A stretch of DNA of 64,000 nucleotides from an uncultured Candidatus Saccharibacteria bacterium (GTDB taxonomy: Bacteria > Patescibacteriota > Minisyncoccia > Phycocordibacterales > UBA918). The notes under the pieces were generated by a model that saw only the letters and a program-made list of their open reading frames with translations, was not told where the DNA came from and ran no database searches. Positions 27,332-36,739 of this stretch are shown in pieces. Location of the stretch: positions 120-64,119 of the forward strand of contig CAZKFF010000001.1 of NCBI GenBank assembly GCA_964552045.1, given 5' to 3'. A program made the position numbers and the translations under genes. Position 1 is the stretch's first letter; each line of letters starts with the position of its first letter.

Positions 27332-27646
27332 ATGCCTGCACCCAACACAGTCCATATATCCGACGGACCGGGCAAGTTCGAATTGCTCGTTTCTCTCTTC
27401 GAGGGCAACAAGGTCCCGCGCACCAAGGTGCGATTCAAGATCTCCAATGGCCGCATCAGTGACCGGGATACCGAGAATCTTGATGTGGCTATCACGATGG
27501 TCGCGCAGGAAGACGGGTCGGGAGACTCGTGGCTCTTCGAGGGTTACACGCGCGATTCACCGCGCGGCAAGGTCCATGGCCTCTACTCGACCAGAAGCCG
27601 TTCCGGCTGGTATGCCCGCGGTGCTTCATATCTGCAAATGCAGTAA
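27332..27646 (+). CDS. Hypothetical protein
   Basis: C-ending codon-rich ORF with upstream TTGACA-16-TAAAGT (27207-27234) and a downstream hairpin. Motifs I.DGP.KF.L..SLF, EDGSGDSWLFEG, G.YSTRSRSG. Confidence 0.65.
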   Translation: MPAPNTVHISDGPGKFELLVSLFEGNKVPRTKVRFKISNGRISDRDTENLDVAITMVAQEDGSGDSWLFEGYTRDSPRGKVHGLYSTRSRSGWYARGASYLQMQ

Positions 27647-27662
27647 ATCAGCATGACCTTTT

Positions 27663-27692
27663 GACCCCGGAGGTATCAACCTCCGGGGTCAT
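27663..27692. terminator. Terminator between convergent genes
   Basis: tgaccccggagg-tatcaa-cctccggggtca. Confidence 0.7.
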
Positions 27693-27694
27693 AT

Positions 27695-28684
27695 TTATTG
27701 TTCTGCCATGTAGAGTCCGAGATGCCCCATAGCACCGCGCAATGGATCAGAGGTCATATTTTCATACAGCGCTTCGGTTGAGATCACATCGCCGGGCTTT
27801 AACTCTATATTCCGAACTCCATGCGGCGTATCAAAGCGATATGCGTCATCTGCTGAACGTTTCGTTTCAAAAACCTCAATGACCTCTCCGTTCTTCTTGA
27901 CCGTAAGCGACTTCCCTCCTTCCCAGCCGTGCAGGTGTGCACCCCAGTAGACGATGCGCGAGGGCTCTTCTACACGCAGACGCGAAGCGTCGTTCGCTTC
28001 AGTGGTACCCCCGAATATATACGACTCTGTGTGCGGAGGAACAGTAAATGTGTGCGACAGCTCTCTACAGGGAGTATCAGACAGTCGCAACAGATGATAC
28101 GAGAGCGGTTTCAATGCCGACGTGTCCCCTTCTGCTTGAAGCAGATCGAACTGCAGTGAGACATCCGTATACGTCTCACCCGGACCAAGCGGCGGCTGCG
28201 GATTATGGAACATCGCATCGAGCAGAAGCGGAGTGCCTTTTGGGATAAATACACCAAATCCATCGGGGAAATGTGATTCAGGACTATGCTGCTGGTCTTG
28301 AGACACAGAGACCAGCGGACGAGGGCTCTCTTCGGGACACTCCTGATCACGCTCATCAAGCCTGAATATCGTCCCGTGATGAAGCGTGAGCGCAGGAGCG
28401 CCGTGTACCTCATAGCGCATCCCCACTACCCACATATCGTGCGGAGCGCGGTATTCGCCCGAGCGTACATTGACATGATGGCCGTCGTCGCTGATAGAAT
28501 CCACCCCCACCGTGTGATCATGCGGCGGTAATATCGGGATCGTTTCAGTCTCTAAAGTAAGCACTGCTGCGCTTTGAGCGGTGAAAACCTGTAGCCCAAC
28601 AAAGGCAGCGGCTGCGGTACATAGGAGGGACGCAATTACGAACGAGCGTTTCAAAGCTGAGATGATATATCGGATAACATACAT
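27695..28684 (-). CDS. Membrane-anchored copper monooxygenase-like (PHM/DBH fold) protein
   Basis: N-terminal TM. LHHG, MFHNP, AHLHG and GAMG occur in the order of the PHM copper ligands. TGCTATACT -10 lies upstream of ATG 28684. Confidence 0.55.
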   Translation of the reverse strand: MYVIRYIISALKRSFVIASLLCTAAAAFVGLQVFTAQSAAVLTLETETIPILPPHDHTVGVDSISDDGHHVNVRSGEYRAPHDMWVVGMRYEVHGAPALTLHHGTIFRLDERDQECPEESPRPLVSVSQDQQHSPESHFPDGFGVFIPKGTPLLLDAMFHNPQPPLGPGETYTDVSLQFDLLQAEGDTSALKPLSYHLLRLSDTPCRELSHTFTVPPHTESYIFGGTTEANDASRLRVEEPSRIVYWGAHLHGWEGGKSLTVKKNGEVIEVFETKRSADDAYRFDTPHGVRNIELKPGDVISTEALYENMTSDPLRGAMGHLGLYMAEQ

Positions 28685-28794
28685 GATATGAAAAGTATAG
28701 CAGAGCTCTCTGGACGCCCGGTGCTTGTGGCGCTGTGCCAAGATAAAAAAATAAGGCCCGCAGACAATGTTGTCTGCGGGCCTAAGGATCGGTC

Positions 28795-29289
28795 TTAGGA
28801 CTGCATCGTGCCGAAGGGATAGCTGCCCAGAACTTTCTGGTTCTTCTTCGCGTCGCGTTGGAGGAGAACAAGGCTCTGTGCACGGTGCTGTGCACCGGGT
28901 CCGAAAGTTCTTCCGTTCACCGTTGATACATGCGGACGGAAGCCGGCCCCTGTCCACTTCAGGTTCTTCACGGCGCCACCCTTCTCGACAATGCTGCACA
29001 ATAGCCGCGTATGCAGCAGATCGAGTACGCTGTCGCGCACAAGCACATGAACCGGCACATCATTTTCCGGACCGAACAGTGCGGGATCGCCGGAGGCGAG
29101 TGCGATATAGCCCTCGCACACAGCCGCCGCAAGCGACGCGAGTTCATCTGCAAGAGAGTCCGGATCGGCTTTTTCTCCCAACGTGAACCACTGCATGAGC
29201 GTGCAGTGGAGCGGCAGCGACTCGTTTGGCCCATACGCTGAGCCGGCGAGCATGTCTTCTATCGGCAAAACAACAAGATATTCATGCAT
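28795..29289 (-). CDS. 2H phosphoesterase (2'-5' RNA ligase-like)
   Basis: Two HxT/S motifs: PLHCTL and FRPHVS. Confidence 0.8.
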   Translation of the reverse strand: MHEYLVVLPIEDMLAGSAYGPNESLPLHCTLMQWFTLGEKADPDSLADELASLAAAVCEGYIALASGDPALFGPENDVPVHVLVRDSVLDLLHTRLLCSIVEKGGAVKNLKWTGAGFRPHVSTVNGRTFGPGAQHRAQSLVLLQRDAKKNQKVLGSYPFGTMQS

Positions 29290-29374
29290 CGGAAGTCTCC
29301 CAAGGAATCAAGGAACTGCCGCCACACTACAACAGGAATGTTCAAAAGTCTACGATCAAATAAATCCTTCAGAA

Positions 29375-29713
29375 TCAGTCAATTCGCAACCACTCTCCAT
29401 TATGGTACTTAGCGACCGAATGACCGCCCACAGGAATGCCGTCACTGCCGAAGAAAGTCACATGCACCGCTGTTTCCATGCTTCTGTTCTCAGGATAGCT
29501 GCCTTCCCTTCCATAGGAATATTCAGTTGTTCCTCCATCACTGTCCTGTTCTTTCAGTCTGATCTCCCACAGGTATACCCCTTTCTCATCTTCTTTCTTC
29601 CGTATCTCTTCGTATTCTTTCCCTTCAACAAGTTCCTCAAACACCGCGGCAATTTCATCCTCTGAAGGAACTTTCTCGGACGCGTTTTCAAATGTTGGCG
29701 GTTTTTCTATCAT
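29375..29713 (-). CDS. Hypothetical acidic protein
   Basis: Clean ORF. TAGACT lies 6 nt upstream of ATG 29713. Confidence 0.65.
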   Translation of the reverse strand: MIEKPPTFENASEKVPSEDEIAAVFEELVEGKEYEEIRKKEDEKGVYLWEIRLKEQDSDGGTTEYSYGREGSYPENRSMETAVHVTFFGSDGIPVGGHSVAKYHNGEWLRID

Positions 29714-29838
29714 AGTCACAGTCTACCATTGTGTGATGCAACGTCATGGTCAGGATGTAACATAGCAAGCATTTATTGACTTTTATTATTTTCATGCTAT
29801 TATATAAACACACTATTTACCCATCACAGGAGGCTATA

Positions 29839-30234
29839 GTGCCTGATCTTCGCATTGAACTTTCCAAGGAAACCGTGGCGATCATCGCCAAGAAGACGGG
29901 CAAGGATACCGCAGGTGTCATGGCATTGCTCATCGACTCTGCGGTCGAGTCGGCTTTCGCGTCTGTCGGCAAGGAGCTCGACCTCAAACAAAGCGACTTC
30001 TGGGCTCGTACGAACGAGTGCCACTCGGACGTCACCGTGGTGTTCGTCGACGTGACCATGCTCATGAAGCCGAACCGGACCCCCACGGTGCGCAAGAAAC
30101 TCGCCGAAGGGATCAAGCTCGGCCTCAGCCAGCTTCTGCGGTTTGGGGGCAACAATACGAGCGGCATCAATGTCCTCGTCTGGATCAGCATGAAGGATCC
30201 CGACGCCGACTACGCCGAGACCAATCCCGACTGA
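29839..30234 (+). CDS. Hypothetical protein, possibly tautomerase-like (Pro at position 2)
   Basis: TTGACT-16-TATTAT promoter, aggagg SD, GTG start MPDLRIEL, KPNRTPTVRKKLAE, hairpin at 30268-30302. Confidence 0.6.
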   Translation: MPDLRIELSKETVAIIAKKTGKDTAGVMALLIDSAVESAFASVGKELDLKQSDFWARTNECHSDVTVVFVDVTMLMKPNRTPTVRKKLAEGIKLGLSQLLRFGGNNTSGINVLVWISMKDPDADYAETNPD

Positions 30235-30306
30235 GGCTTTTATGCCTCAGGGTGTGGCAACAATTCAAAGGCTTGGAGATCTGCAAGGATCCCGAGCCTT
30301 TTATTC

Positions 30307-30546
30307 TTATATGAGTTCAAAACGAATGATCTTCACTGGCGTATCAGCCCTTACCCTGTCTCCATAGTACTGCCGGTAATGTGCATACATATCTTCTTCG
30401 CTCTCGTACTTCTCATGGCCGTCAAAATCTTCAGTCGTCACCTCCCCCATTTTCTTTTCCCGTACTGACACGAGCTTCGCCTGTACGAATTTCTCTCCCG
30501 TATCCCAGTTGATCAGATCAACTTCATCACCCTCCTTTTCTAGCTC
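30307..30546 (-). pseudogene. 5'-truncated ASCH-domain gene remnant
   Basis: Frame reads EGDEVDLINWDTGEKFVQAKLVSVREKKMGEVTTEDFDGHEKYESEEDMYAHYRQYYG...TPVKIIRFELI*. An in-frame TGA lies just upstream and the N-terminal part is missing. Confidence 0.6.
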
Positions 30547-30597
30547 TCACTTCAAAGAGGACTCAAACCAACTCAAATTATGCTAATGTTGCTCAAT

Positions 30598-31410
30598 ATG
30601 AAGCCATATATTGTGCTTGATAAACGAGTCGGCGAGACACCCCTCTCTTGTTTGGAGGACTACAGAGCTGCGCATTCAGAGTTTGCAGATGTTCCCATGG
30701 CATATGCAGGCAGGCTTGACCCGATGGCATCGGGGAAGCTTTTGATATTGCTCGGAGAAGAGTGTAAGGTGCAGGAAAAATACCACAATCTCGACAAGGA
30801 ATATGAATTTGAGATTCTGTTCGGCGTCAGTTCTGACTCAGGCGATGTGCTCGGGCTGTTGGAGCACAGCAGCAAAAGCATTGTCGCTCGTGCAGACATC
30901 ATCAGTGTCCTGCGTGAGCTTGAAGGAGAGGTTGAACTGCCCTATCCGCACTTCTCTGCAAAGACGGTAAAAGGAAAGCCCCTCCACACCTGGAAAGTTG
31001 AAGGCCGCATCAATGAGGTAACTATCCCCACAAAGCATTCGCACATATATAAGCTCGAACTTCGGGATATACAGACCAAAACCACACAGGAAGTGTATGA
31101 CTACTCCACACAAAAAATCGAAACTATCCCGAAGGTGACCGATACCCGCAAGGCATTAGGCAATGACTTCCGCCGTGCTGAAGTGCGCGACTCCTGGAAG
31201 CAATTCCTGATGCATGCACAGTCAGATCAGCAGTTCACCGTAGCGAAGCTTCGCTGCGTCTGTTCTTCCGGCACCTATATGCGCACACTTGCAGGAGTGA
31301 TCGCAAAAACGCTCGGCACCACGGGCCTCGCATATTCCATACACCGGACGCAGATAGGCGTCTACACAAAACTCCCCTTTAACTGGGGTGTGTGGCGCAC
31401 AAAATACTAA
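30598..31410 (+). CDS. truB: tRNA pseudouridine synthase, TruB-like
   Basis: K.VGETP, YAGRLDPMASG (catalytic Asp), YPHFSAK, CSSGTYMRTL. Confidence 0.8.
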   Translation: MKPYIVLDKRVGETPLSCLEDYRAAHSEFADVPMAYAGRLDPMASGKLLILLGEECKVQEKYHNLDKEYEFEILFGVSSDSGDVLGLLEHSSKSIVARADIISVLRELEGEVELPYPHFSAKTVKGKPLHTWKVEGRINEVTIPTKHSHIYKLELRDIQTKTTQEVYDYSTQKIETIPKVTDTRKALGNDFRRAEVRDSWKQFLMHAQSDQQFTVAKLRCVCSSGTYMRTLAGVIAKTLGTTGLAYSIHRTQIGVYTKLPFNWGVWRTKY

Positions 31411-31420
31411 GCGTCAGACC

Positions 31421-33403
31421 TCAATGCTTTCCGAGGCTCTGCAGTTGCTTGTACTTGCTGATATAGTCGTCAACGGTGACCACCAGCTCTGCATGGCTCC
31501 AGATAAGCGGCGCCGTTGAGAGATGCTCACCCGTGTGCGGATGTATCTGCTCGGGAAGCACTCCTCCCTTGGTTGCGTGCGCGCAGGTCCACTGCAGTAT
31601 CTCGTACGGGCGCTTGAGGTCGCTCAATTTCTTTGCAGTAAGGATATGGTATTGTGCCACCCATAGGGTGGTGATCACCCATGGATTAGGGCTCCCCGCA
31701 TCCTGCATCGTATAGTAATTGTCCCGTTCATATCGCACGTAGCCTTCGCTCTGCGCGTGCACGCGGAGTTTCTCTTCCACGGTCTTGAATGCGTCCTTGA
31801 TGCGTGGGTCATCAGCATCCACTACCCCGAAATACAGCGGGCCAAAGAAACTGCTGAGGTCAACGGTCATGTCGTATGTCGGATCTTCGGACTCCGATGC
31901 GTGTATGTGCTTGATGAACATCTTAATATCGCTACTGTAGAGGTGCTCAAGGATCGCGCTCTGCATGCGCTGCGCAACTGCGCTGTATGTGCGAGCCGAT
32001 TCGTCCTTCCCGAGCAGATTTGCGAAATGCGCGGCAGCGACCAGACCCCCGTAAACGCATGAAGCGGTGTAGGTGGAGATGCCAAATTTCTCTTCCCAGA
32101 GATCGTAGGAATTCCGCGGCAGGCCATACTCTGCCTCAATGAATTCGCACAGGAAATCGGCAGCCTTTTCAATGAACGGATTGTAGAGCGATTCGATGAA
32201 TTCGATATTTTTGGTGAGCTCATAGTGGCGCCAGAGCATATAGAGCGGCAATGCGGTCTCATCCTCCTGGATTGGCAGCTGCGGGACGCCATTGTGCATC
32301 CACGGGTGCCATGAACTGCCAAGGGTGCCGTCGGCGCGGTATTTGTGCATGAGATATCCGTCACGCTCAAGGCGGTCGCAGACAAAGGTGAAGAAGCGCG
32401 CGGTGACGTCGGTGTACCCCATACGGTCGAGCGCGTGTGCAACAAAAGCACCGTCACGCGGCCACACGTAGCTGTACGTATCGCGTCCATGATGAAGCAT
32501 ATCCGTATCGCTCGACGCAATAATCGCTCCGCGGTTGTCAGTATGCACCCGGATGGTGGTAAGCGATCGCTTGAAGAGCGTCTGCAGTTCCGGGGACAAA
32601 AGCGACAAATCACGATCCTCCTTATCAACCCATGCCTTCCAGTAATTCTTTGTTGAAAGAAGCAGCTGATCGGGAGACTCCTCAAGCACTTGCGTATTGA
32701 GGTCGTGTACGTCAGCGATGGTCTGTCCGCACACGATCCAGTAATCAATCTCGGTATGCGAAAGCGCGTCCATCTCGCAGGTGATGCCGATGACAGAATC
32801 AACCGAGCCGTGTTCAATCGGATTTTTCTCCAGGATGCCGTCCTGAGCATCGTGGAACGTGCCATCCTTTCCTTCTATACCGAACAGGCCGATGTTGTAG
32901 TCAGTGAACTGCTTCCCTTCATGGAATGCATTGACGAGGAAGCTACAGTGGCCTTTGTAGTGCACTAAGGCCCGGACGCGCGGATCATAAAAACCCGTAT
33001 CTCCCCTGCGCGATTCGGAGATACGGAACTGCTGGGAGAAGAAGACCTTTATCTCCCGCTTCTCATCACGCTCATTGCCAAGTGTGAACGACCGTATGAA
33101 GACATCCTTTTCGTTATGGACCGCGTCGGCGCTTGAAAGCGTCACGCCGATGGTGTTATTGACCGCATGCAGGCTGCCCACCACCGTCTCCGCGTCCGAA
33201 CCGACAACGATCTCCCATGACGGATCATCAAGCCAGAAAAGTGCTCCGTCAACATAGACACCGATACGATGCACAAAGTTTCCTGACGCGCCGCTCACAT
33301 GATTGCTGTGCCCGACAAACGGGAAATAGAAATCACGCACCTGGCCGCGGTAATCGAGGCCGACAAGCATGTTTCCATTTCCTAACGTGACAGCGCGGGC
33401 CAT
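31421..33403 (-). CDS. GH15 glucoamylase-family glycoside hydrolase
   Basis: YSYVWPRDG, QEDET, YDLWEE, LPEQIHP, PLIWSHA. Confidence 0.92.
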   Translation of the reverse strand: MARAVTLGNGNMLVGLDYRGQVRDFYFPFVGHSNHVSGASGNFVHRIGVYVDGALFWLDDPSWEIVVGSDAETVVGSLHAVNNTIGVTLSSADAVHNEKDVFIRSFTLGNERDEKREIKVFFSQQFRISESRRGDTGFYDPRVRALVHYKGHCSFLVNAFHEGKQFTDYNIGLFGIEGKDGTFHDAQDGILEKNPIEHGSVDSVIGITCEMDALSHTEIDYWIVCGQTIADVHDLNTQVLEESPDQLLLSTKNYWKAWVDKEDRDLSLLSPELQTLFKRSLTTIRVHTDNRGAIIASSDTDMLHHGRDTYSYVWPRDGAFVAHALDRMGYTDVTARFFTFVCDRLERDGYLMHKYRADGTLGSSWHPWMHNGVPQLPIQEDETALPLYMLWRHYELTKNIEFIESLYNPFIEKAADFLCEFIEAEYGLPRNSYDLWEEKFGISTYTASCVYGGLVAAAHFANLLGKDESARTYSAVAQRMQSAILEHLYSSDIKMFIKHIHASESEDPTYDMTVDLSSFFGPLYFGVVDADDPRIKDAFKTVEEKLRVHAQSEGYVRYERDNYYTMQDAGSPNPWVITTLWVAQYHILTAKKLSDLKRPYEILQWTCAHATKGGVLPEQIHPHTGEHLSTAPLIWSHAELVVTVDDYISKYKQLQSLGKH

Positions 33404-33406
33404 GGA

Positions 33407-33814
33407 CTATGACACAATATAGTTACGCAAGTGCATCTCAACGATCTTCTGGGCACGCTCTTTCTTCTTCGCGGTGCGCAGCGCCTGCGCGCAGTGTGCA
33501 TCGCCCAGCACATGTTCGACCCAATCCGCAAAATCGTTCTTCTCTTTCGTGACATGATGGAGGAATATCTCGTCATCCATCGAACCGAACGCGAGCTGTA
33601 AATCCGCGAGATTGCGGAGGATCTGTCCGTCGCGCGACCAGAAACACTCCCCATCAATGGCGCACACCATCGCACGAAACTCACTCTTCTTTGATGGAGT
33701 TTTTGTTGCCGGGGCTTTCCGTTCGGAAGTCCGTTTCGAGGTTGCTTTCTTAGCGGCGATCTTTTTTGCCGCTTTTTTTGGTTTGGTCTTGATTGAAGAC
33801 GTAGGCATAGGCAT
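33407..33814 (-). CDS. DUF5752-like protein with Lys/Ala-rich N-terminal tail
   Basis: FWSRDGQILRNL.DL...F.HHV...KNDFADWVEHVLGD. Confidence 0.75.
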   Translation of the reverse strand: MPMPTSSIKTKPKKAAKKIAAKKATSKRTSERKAPATKTPSKKSEFRAMVCAIDGECFWSRDGQILRNLADLQLAFGSMDDEIFLHHVTKEKNDFADWVEHVLGDAHCAQALRTAKKKERAQKIVEMHLRNYIVS

Positions 33815-35159
33815 TGCTTAGTTTATGCGAATAAATGGCCAATACAGAGGCGACAAAATCAACCGTCTTGCCAAACCAATCTTTCAGCTGGTCTGCAAAC
33901 GTCTGTTCATATACCTCCTCCACAACACGTTCCCTCTGTACCTCAGTGAGTCGCTTCGCTTCTACTGCATGTTGTACCCTTAATTGTAAATCACACAGCG
34001 CGTTCATGAAAGCAATATATGCATCATATGGGGATTGGTACGGAGAGAAGTATGCGTGCACATCTCCGTCGTTGGACCACTTCGTGCACATATAATAGAA
34101 ATGATCGGAGGTCTGCAGCTTGCGCCACGTCTCAATGAGTTCCTTGTCTTCCGTATAGAGCACGTCTTTCTCAAGCGCATAGATGGCACGTATCGCATCC
34201 TTCTGAATATCGTTGCCGGTCCATGCAGTGAGGTCGCGGTCGGTGTCGGCCCAGGTGAGTATGTTCGGCACATCTATCTCTCCGACTGCATCGTAGGTTG
34301 CGATGGTCTCAGACGGGGTCATGAAGGATGTGTCCGGATGACGCGTCAGAAGCGCAGGCAGTGCTTTCATAAAATTGAAGATGCCAGTGTCCTCCCACTG
34401 ATGCTCGCCGAAGGTCTCATAATCCATGAAGAGATTAATGGTGTTCCCGTCTCCATGATGCGCATGGATCCACTGCGCATAGGTTTCAGCCGAGAGCGGA
34501 TAGCTTGCCCACTGCTTATTGCCGAAACGGAACGCAACATCGTCCGAGAGTTTGTAATTCTTCAGGAGCACTTTGATCCTGCTGCATCCGACCGGTTTGT
34601 ACACATAGTTCGGGCTCCGCCATCCCAGAACCGGATCCCACCCTTCGGCCATGATGCCGAGGTAGCCATGATCATCGCACCATTGCGCAAGGTCGTTGCG
34701 GTACGACAGTTCTGTGTTGCGGAACACCCGCGGGGTATAGCCGAACAGCTCATGGACGCGCTTCGCGTGCTGCGCGACCTGCCGCTCGAACTCCGGCACC
34801 GAGTAGAAGAACGCAAGCGAGTGATGATAGGTGTCAGCGAGGATCTCGACGCGTCCGGTCGCCACCAGTTCTTGGAAGCTTTCGAGGACATCGGGCGCAT
34901 ATGCTTCGAACTGATCAAGCACAGTCCCTGAGAATGACAAAGCAAACCGGAACTGGTCATGCTCTCCCAAGAGCTGTTTCAGCACGCGGTTCATCGGGCG
35001 GTACGATTTTTCTGCGACCTTCTCCACGATCTTCCTGTTATTGAGATCGCTCTCGCTCCCGTCGTTGAAGTACTGATTATCATTGCCAATATCGAATACC
35101 CGATAGCGCTTGACGCGATATGGCTGGTGCACATGAAAATACGGACAGACAGTAAGCAT
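33750..35159 (-). CDS. GH57 alpha-amylase-family protein
   Basis: FHVHQP, TYHHSL, FRNTEL, FMDYETFGEHQW, QTSDHFYYM. Start MLTVC lies 2 nt after the GT4 stop. Confidence 0.93.
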   Translation of the reverse strand: MLTVCPYFHVHQPYRVKRYRVFDIGNDNQYFNDGSESDLNNRKIVEKVAEKSYRPMNRVLKQLLGEHDQFRFALSFSGTVLDQFEAYAPDVLESFQELVATGRVEILADTYHHSLAFFYSVPEFERQVAQHAKRVHELFGYTPRVFRNTELSYRNDLAQWCDDHGYLGIMAEGWDPVLGWRSPNYVYKPVGCSRIKVLLKNYKLSDDVAFRFGNKQWASYPLSAETYAQWIHAHHGDGNTINLFMDYETFGEHQWEDTGIFNFMKALPALLTRHPDTSFMTPSETIATYDAVGEIDVPNILTWADTDRDLTAWTGNDIQKDAIRAIYALEKDVLYTEDKELIETWRKLQTSDHFYYMCTKWSNDGDVHAYFSPYQSPYDAYIAFMNALCDLQLRVQHAVEAKRLTEVQRERVVEEVYEQTFADQLKDWFGKTVDFVASVLAIYSHKLSNAYAYVFNQDQTKKSGKKDRR

Positions 35160-35161
35160 GG

Positions 35162-36373
35162 CTATGTAAGCAATTCTACCAAACGCCGGTACAAAGAGAT
35201 AACCTTTGACGCAGCATGTTCCCACGAAAGCTTCTTGATCTCGTGTTTTCCTTCGCGCACCAGCTGATCCTTCATGACCGGATACCGGAGCGAGGCAAGT
35301 ATCTTGTTTGCCATTTCCTCGACGTCCCAGAAATCGACCTTGAGCACATGGGATACGACCTCAGAGACTCCTGACTGTTTGGAGATAAGCGACGGCGCGC
35401 CGTGCTGGATCGCTTCAAGCGGCACAAGTCCGAACGGTTCGGATACCGACGGCATGACTACGAGATCGACGCTCTGATACATCCGGTCGCGCTCCTCGTA
35501 CCACAACGCTCCAGCGAAGATGACGTTGTCTGACAGCCCCAAAGCGCCCACCTTATGCATGATCTGCGCGGTCATGTCTCCCTTGCCTGAAATGACGAAC
35601 ACCACATTTGGGTCGGCATCCACAACCTTGCGAGCCGCCTCAACGAAATAGTCCACTCCCTTCTGGATAGTGATGCGCCCATGGTAGAGCACGATCTTCT
35701 TGCCCTGCGCTTTCAGTTCCTGCAGTGCCGGTTCGTGGCGGAGCGGCTCATTGACATCGCAGCCATTGTGCACGACCTCTACCTTCTGCGGATCGGCATC
35801 GTGCTTCTCAATGATGATATTCCTGGTGAAGTTGCTCACCGTCACAATGCAGTCAGCAAGGGCAAACGCCTCTTTTTCGATCTTGAAAACCTCAGGATCG
35901 ATATTGTCGCTTGCTGCCTGGTCGAATGCGGTTGCATGGACGTGGAGCACGAGCGGTTTGCCGGTTGCTTTCTTCGCCGCGACTCCCGCAAGATACGCCG
36001 TCCAATCGTGCGCATGGATGATGTCGAACTCCTCTTCGAGCGCTATCTGCGCCGCCTTGTGCGCGAATGCGTGGACCTCCTCAAGGATCGTCCGTGAATA
36101 CAACCTCCGCTTGCCATATTCGTCGTAGACATCGATAAGCGTCTGCGATCCCGCATACGGCACCAAACCGGAAGGAACTTCCCGATACTTGATCATCTTT
36201 TCTACATCAGCGAAGATGAATCTGCCATCGCCATGCACCGGCTGCGAACGCGGCAATACGAAAATGACCTCGATGCCTCCGCGGGCGAGCTCACGAGAAA
36301 GACCCTGGCAGGCTATGCCAAGTCCTCCGGTGGTATGAGGCGGGTAATCCCAGCCAAAAGTAAGGACTTTCAT
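35162..36373 (-). CDS. GT4 glycosyltransferase (glycogen-synthase-like)
   Basis: WDYPP..GGLG, IHAHDW, GRITIQKG, EPFGLVPLEA. Confidence 0.93.
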   Translation of the reverse strand: MKVLTFGWDYPPHTTGGLGIACQGLSRELARGGIEVIFVLPRSQPVHGDGRFIFADVEKMIKYREVPSGLVPYAGSQTLIDVYDEYGKRRLYSRTILEEVHAFAHKAAQIALEEEFDIIHAHDWTAYLAGVAAKKATGKPLVLHVHATAFDQAASDNIDPEVFKIEKEAFALADCIVTVSNFTRNIIIEKHDADPQKVEVVHNGCDVNEPLRHEPALQELKAQGKKIVLYHGRITIQKGVDYFVEAARKVVDADPNVVFVISGKGDMTAQIMHKVGALGLSDNVIFAGALWYEERDRMYQSVDLVVMPSVSEPFGLVPLEAIQHGAPSLISKQSGVSEVVSHVLKVDFWDVEEMANKILASLRYPVMKDQLVREGKHEIKKLSWEHAASKVISLYRRLVELLT

Positions 36374-36489
36374 GTACGGAAGAAGTACACTGCGGGTGGT
36401 ATGAAATGTACAGAAAGCGCGAGGGAATACTGCAGTGTTACCTCATATTATCACGTTACACTGAGCGGTTTATTGAGTTATATACTGTA

Positions 36490-36518
36490 TTGACGTCGTA
36501 CAATCTCTCTGCTACTAT
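36490..36518 (+). promoter_or_regulatory. sigma70 promoter of rpmG
   Basis: TTGACG, 17 nt, TG-extended TACTAT, 9 nt before the ATG. Confidence 0.7.
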
Positions 36519-36527
36519 TGCCCCACT

Positions 36528-36707
36528 ATGTCACAAGAACGACTCATACGAATGGTTACCAAGGGCGACGAGAACGGCGTCGGCAAAAACCATGTCTACT
36601 ACACAACCTACAACAACAAGGTCAAGAAAGACCCGAGCAAGAAGTACGAGGCTAAGAAGTACAATCCGGTCGCAAAGAAGCATACCGTGTACACGCAGAA
36701 GAAATAA
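36528..36707 (+). CDS. rpmG: 50S ribosomal protein L33 (Cys-free type); not in the ORF track
   Basis: MSQERLIRMVTKGDENGVGKNHVYYTTYNNKVKKDPSKKYEAKKYNPVAKKHTVYTQKK (59 aa), with its own promoter and terminator. Confidence 0.88.
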   Translation: MSQERLIRMVTKGDENGVGKNHVYYTTYNNKVKKDPSKKYEAKKYNPVAKKHTVYTQKK

Positions 36708-36709
36708 AG

Positions 36710-36737
36710 AAAAAGATCGCCTACAGGCGATCTTTTT
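36710..36737. terminator. Bidirectional terminator
   Basis: aaaaagatcgcct-ac-aggcgatcttttt. Confidence 0.8.
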
Positions 36738-36739
36738 CT

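Noticed and set aside
28685-28999. N-terminal extension of the 434-aa ORF 27695..28999
   Set aside because: It overlaps the 2H phosphoesterase gene. A -10 element and TM anchor support a start at 28684.
36385-36417. TTTCAT box upstream of the GT4 operon
   Set aside because: The second half-site is poor and there is no -10 hexamer at the 10-nt spacing, so it is not counted in the regulon.
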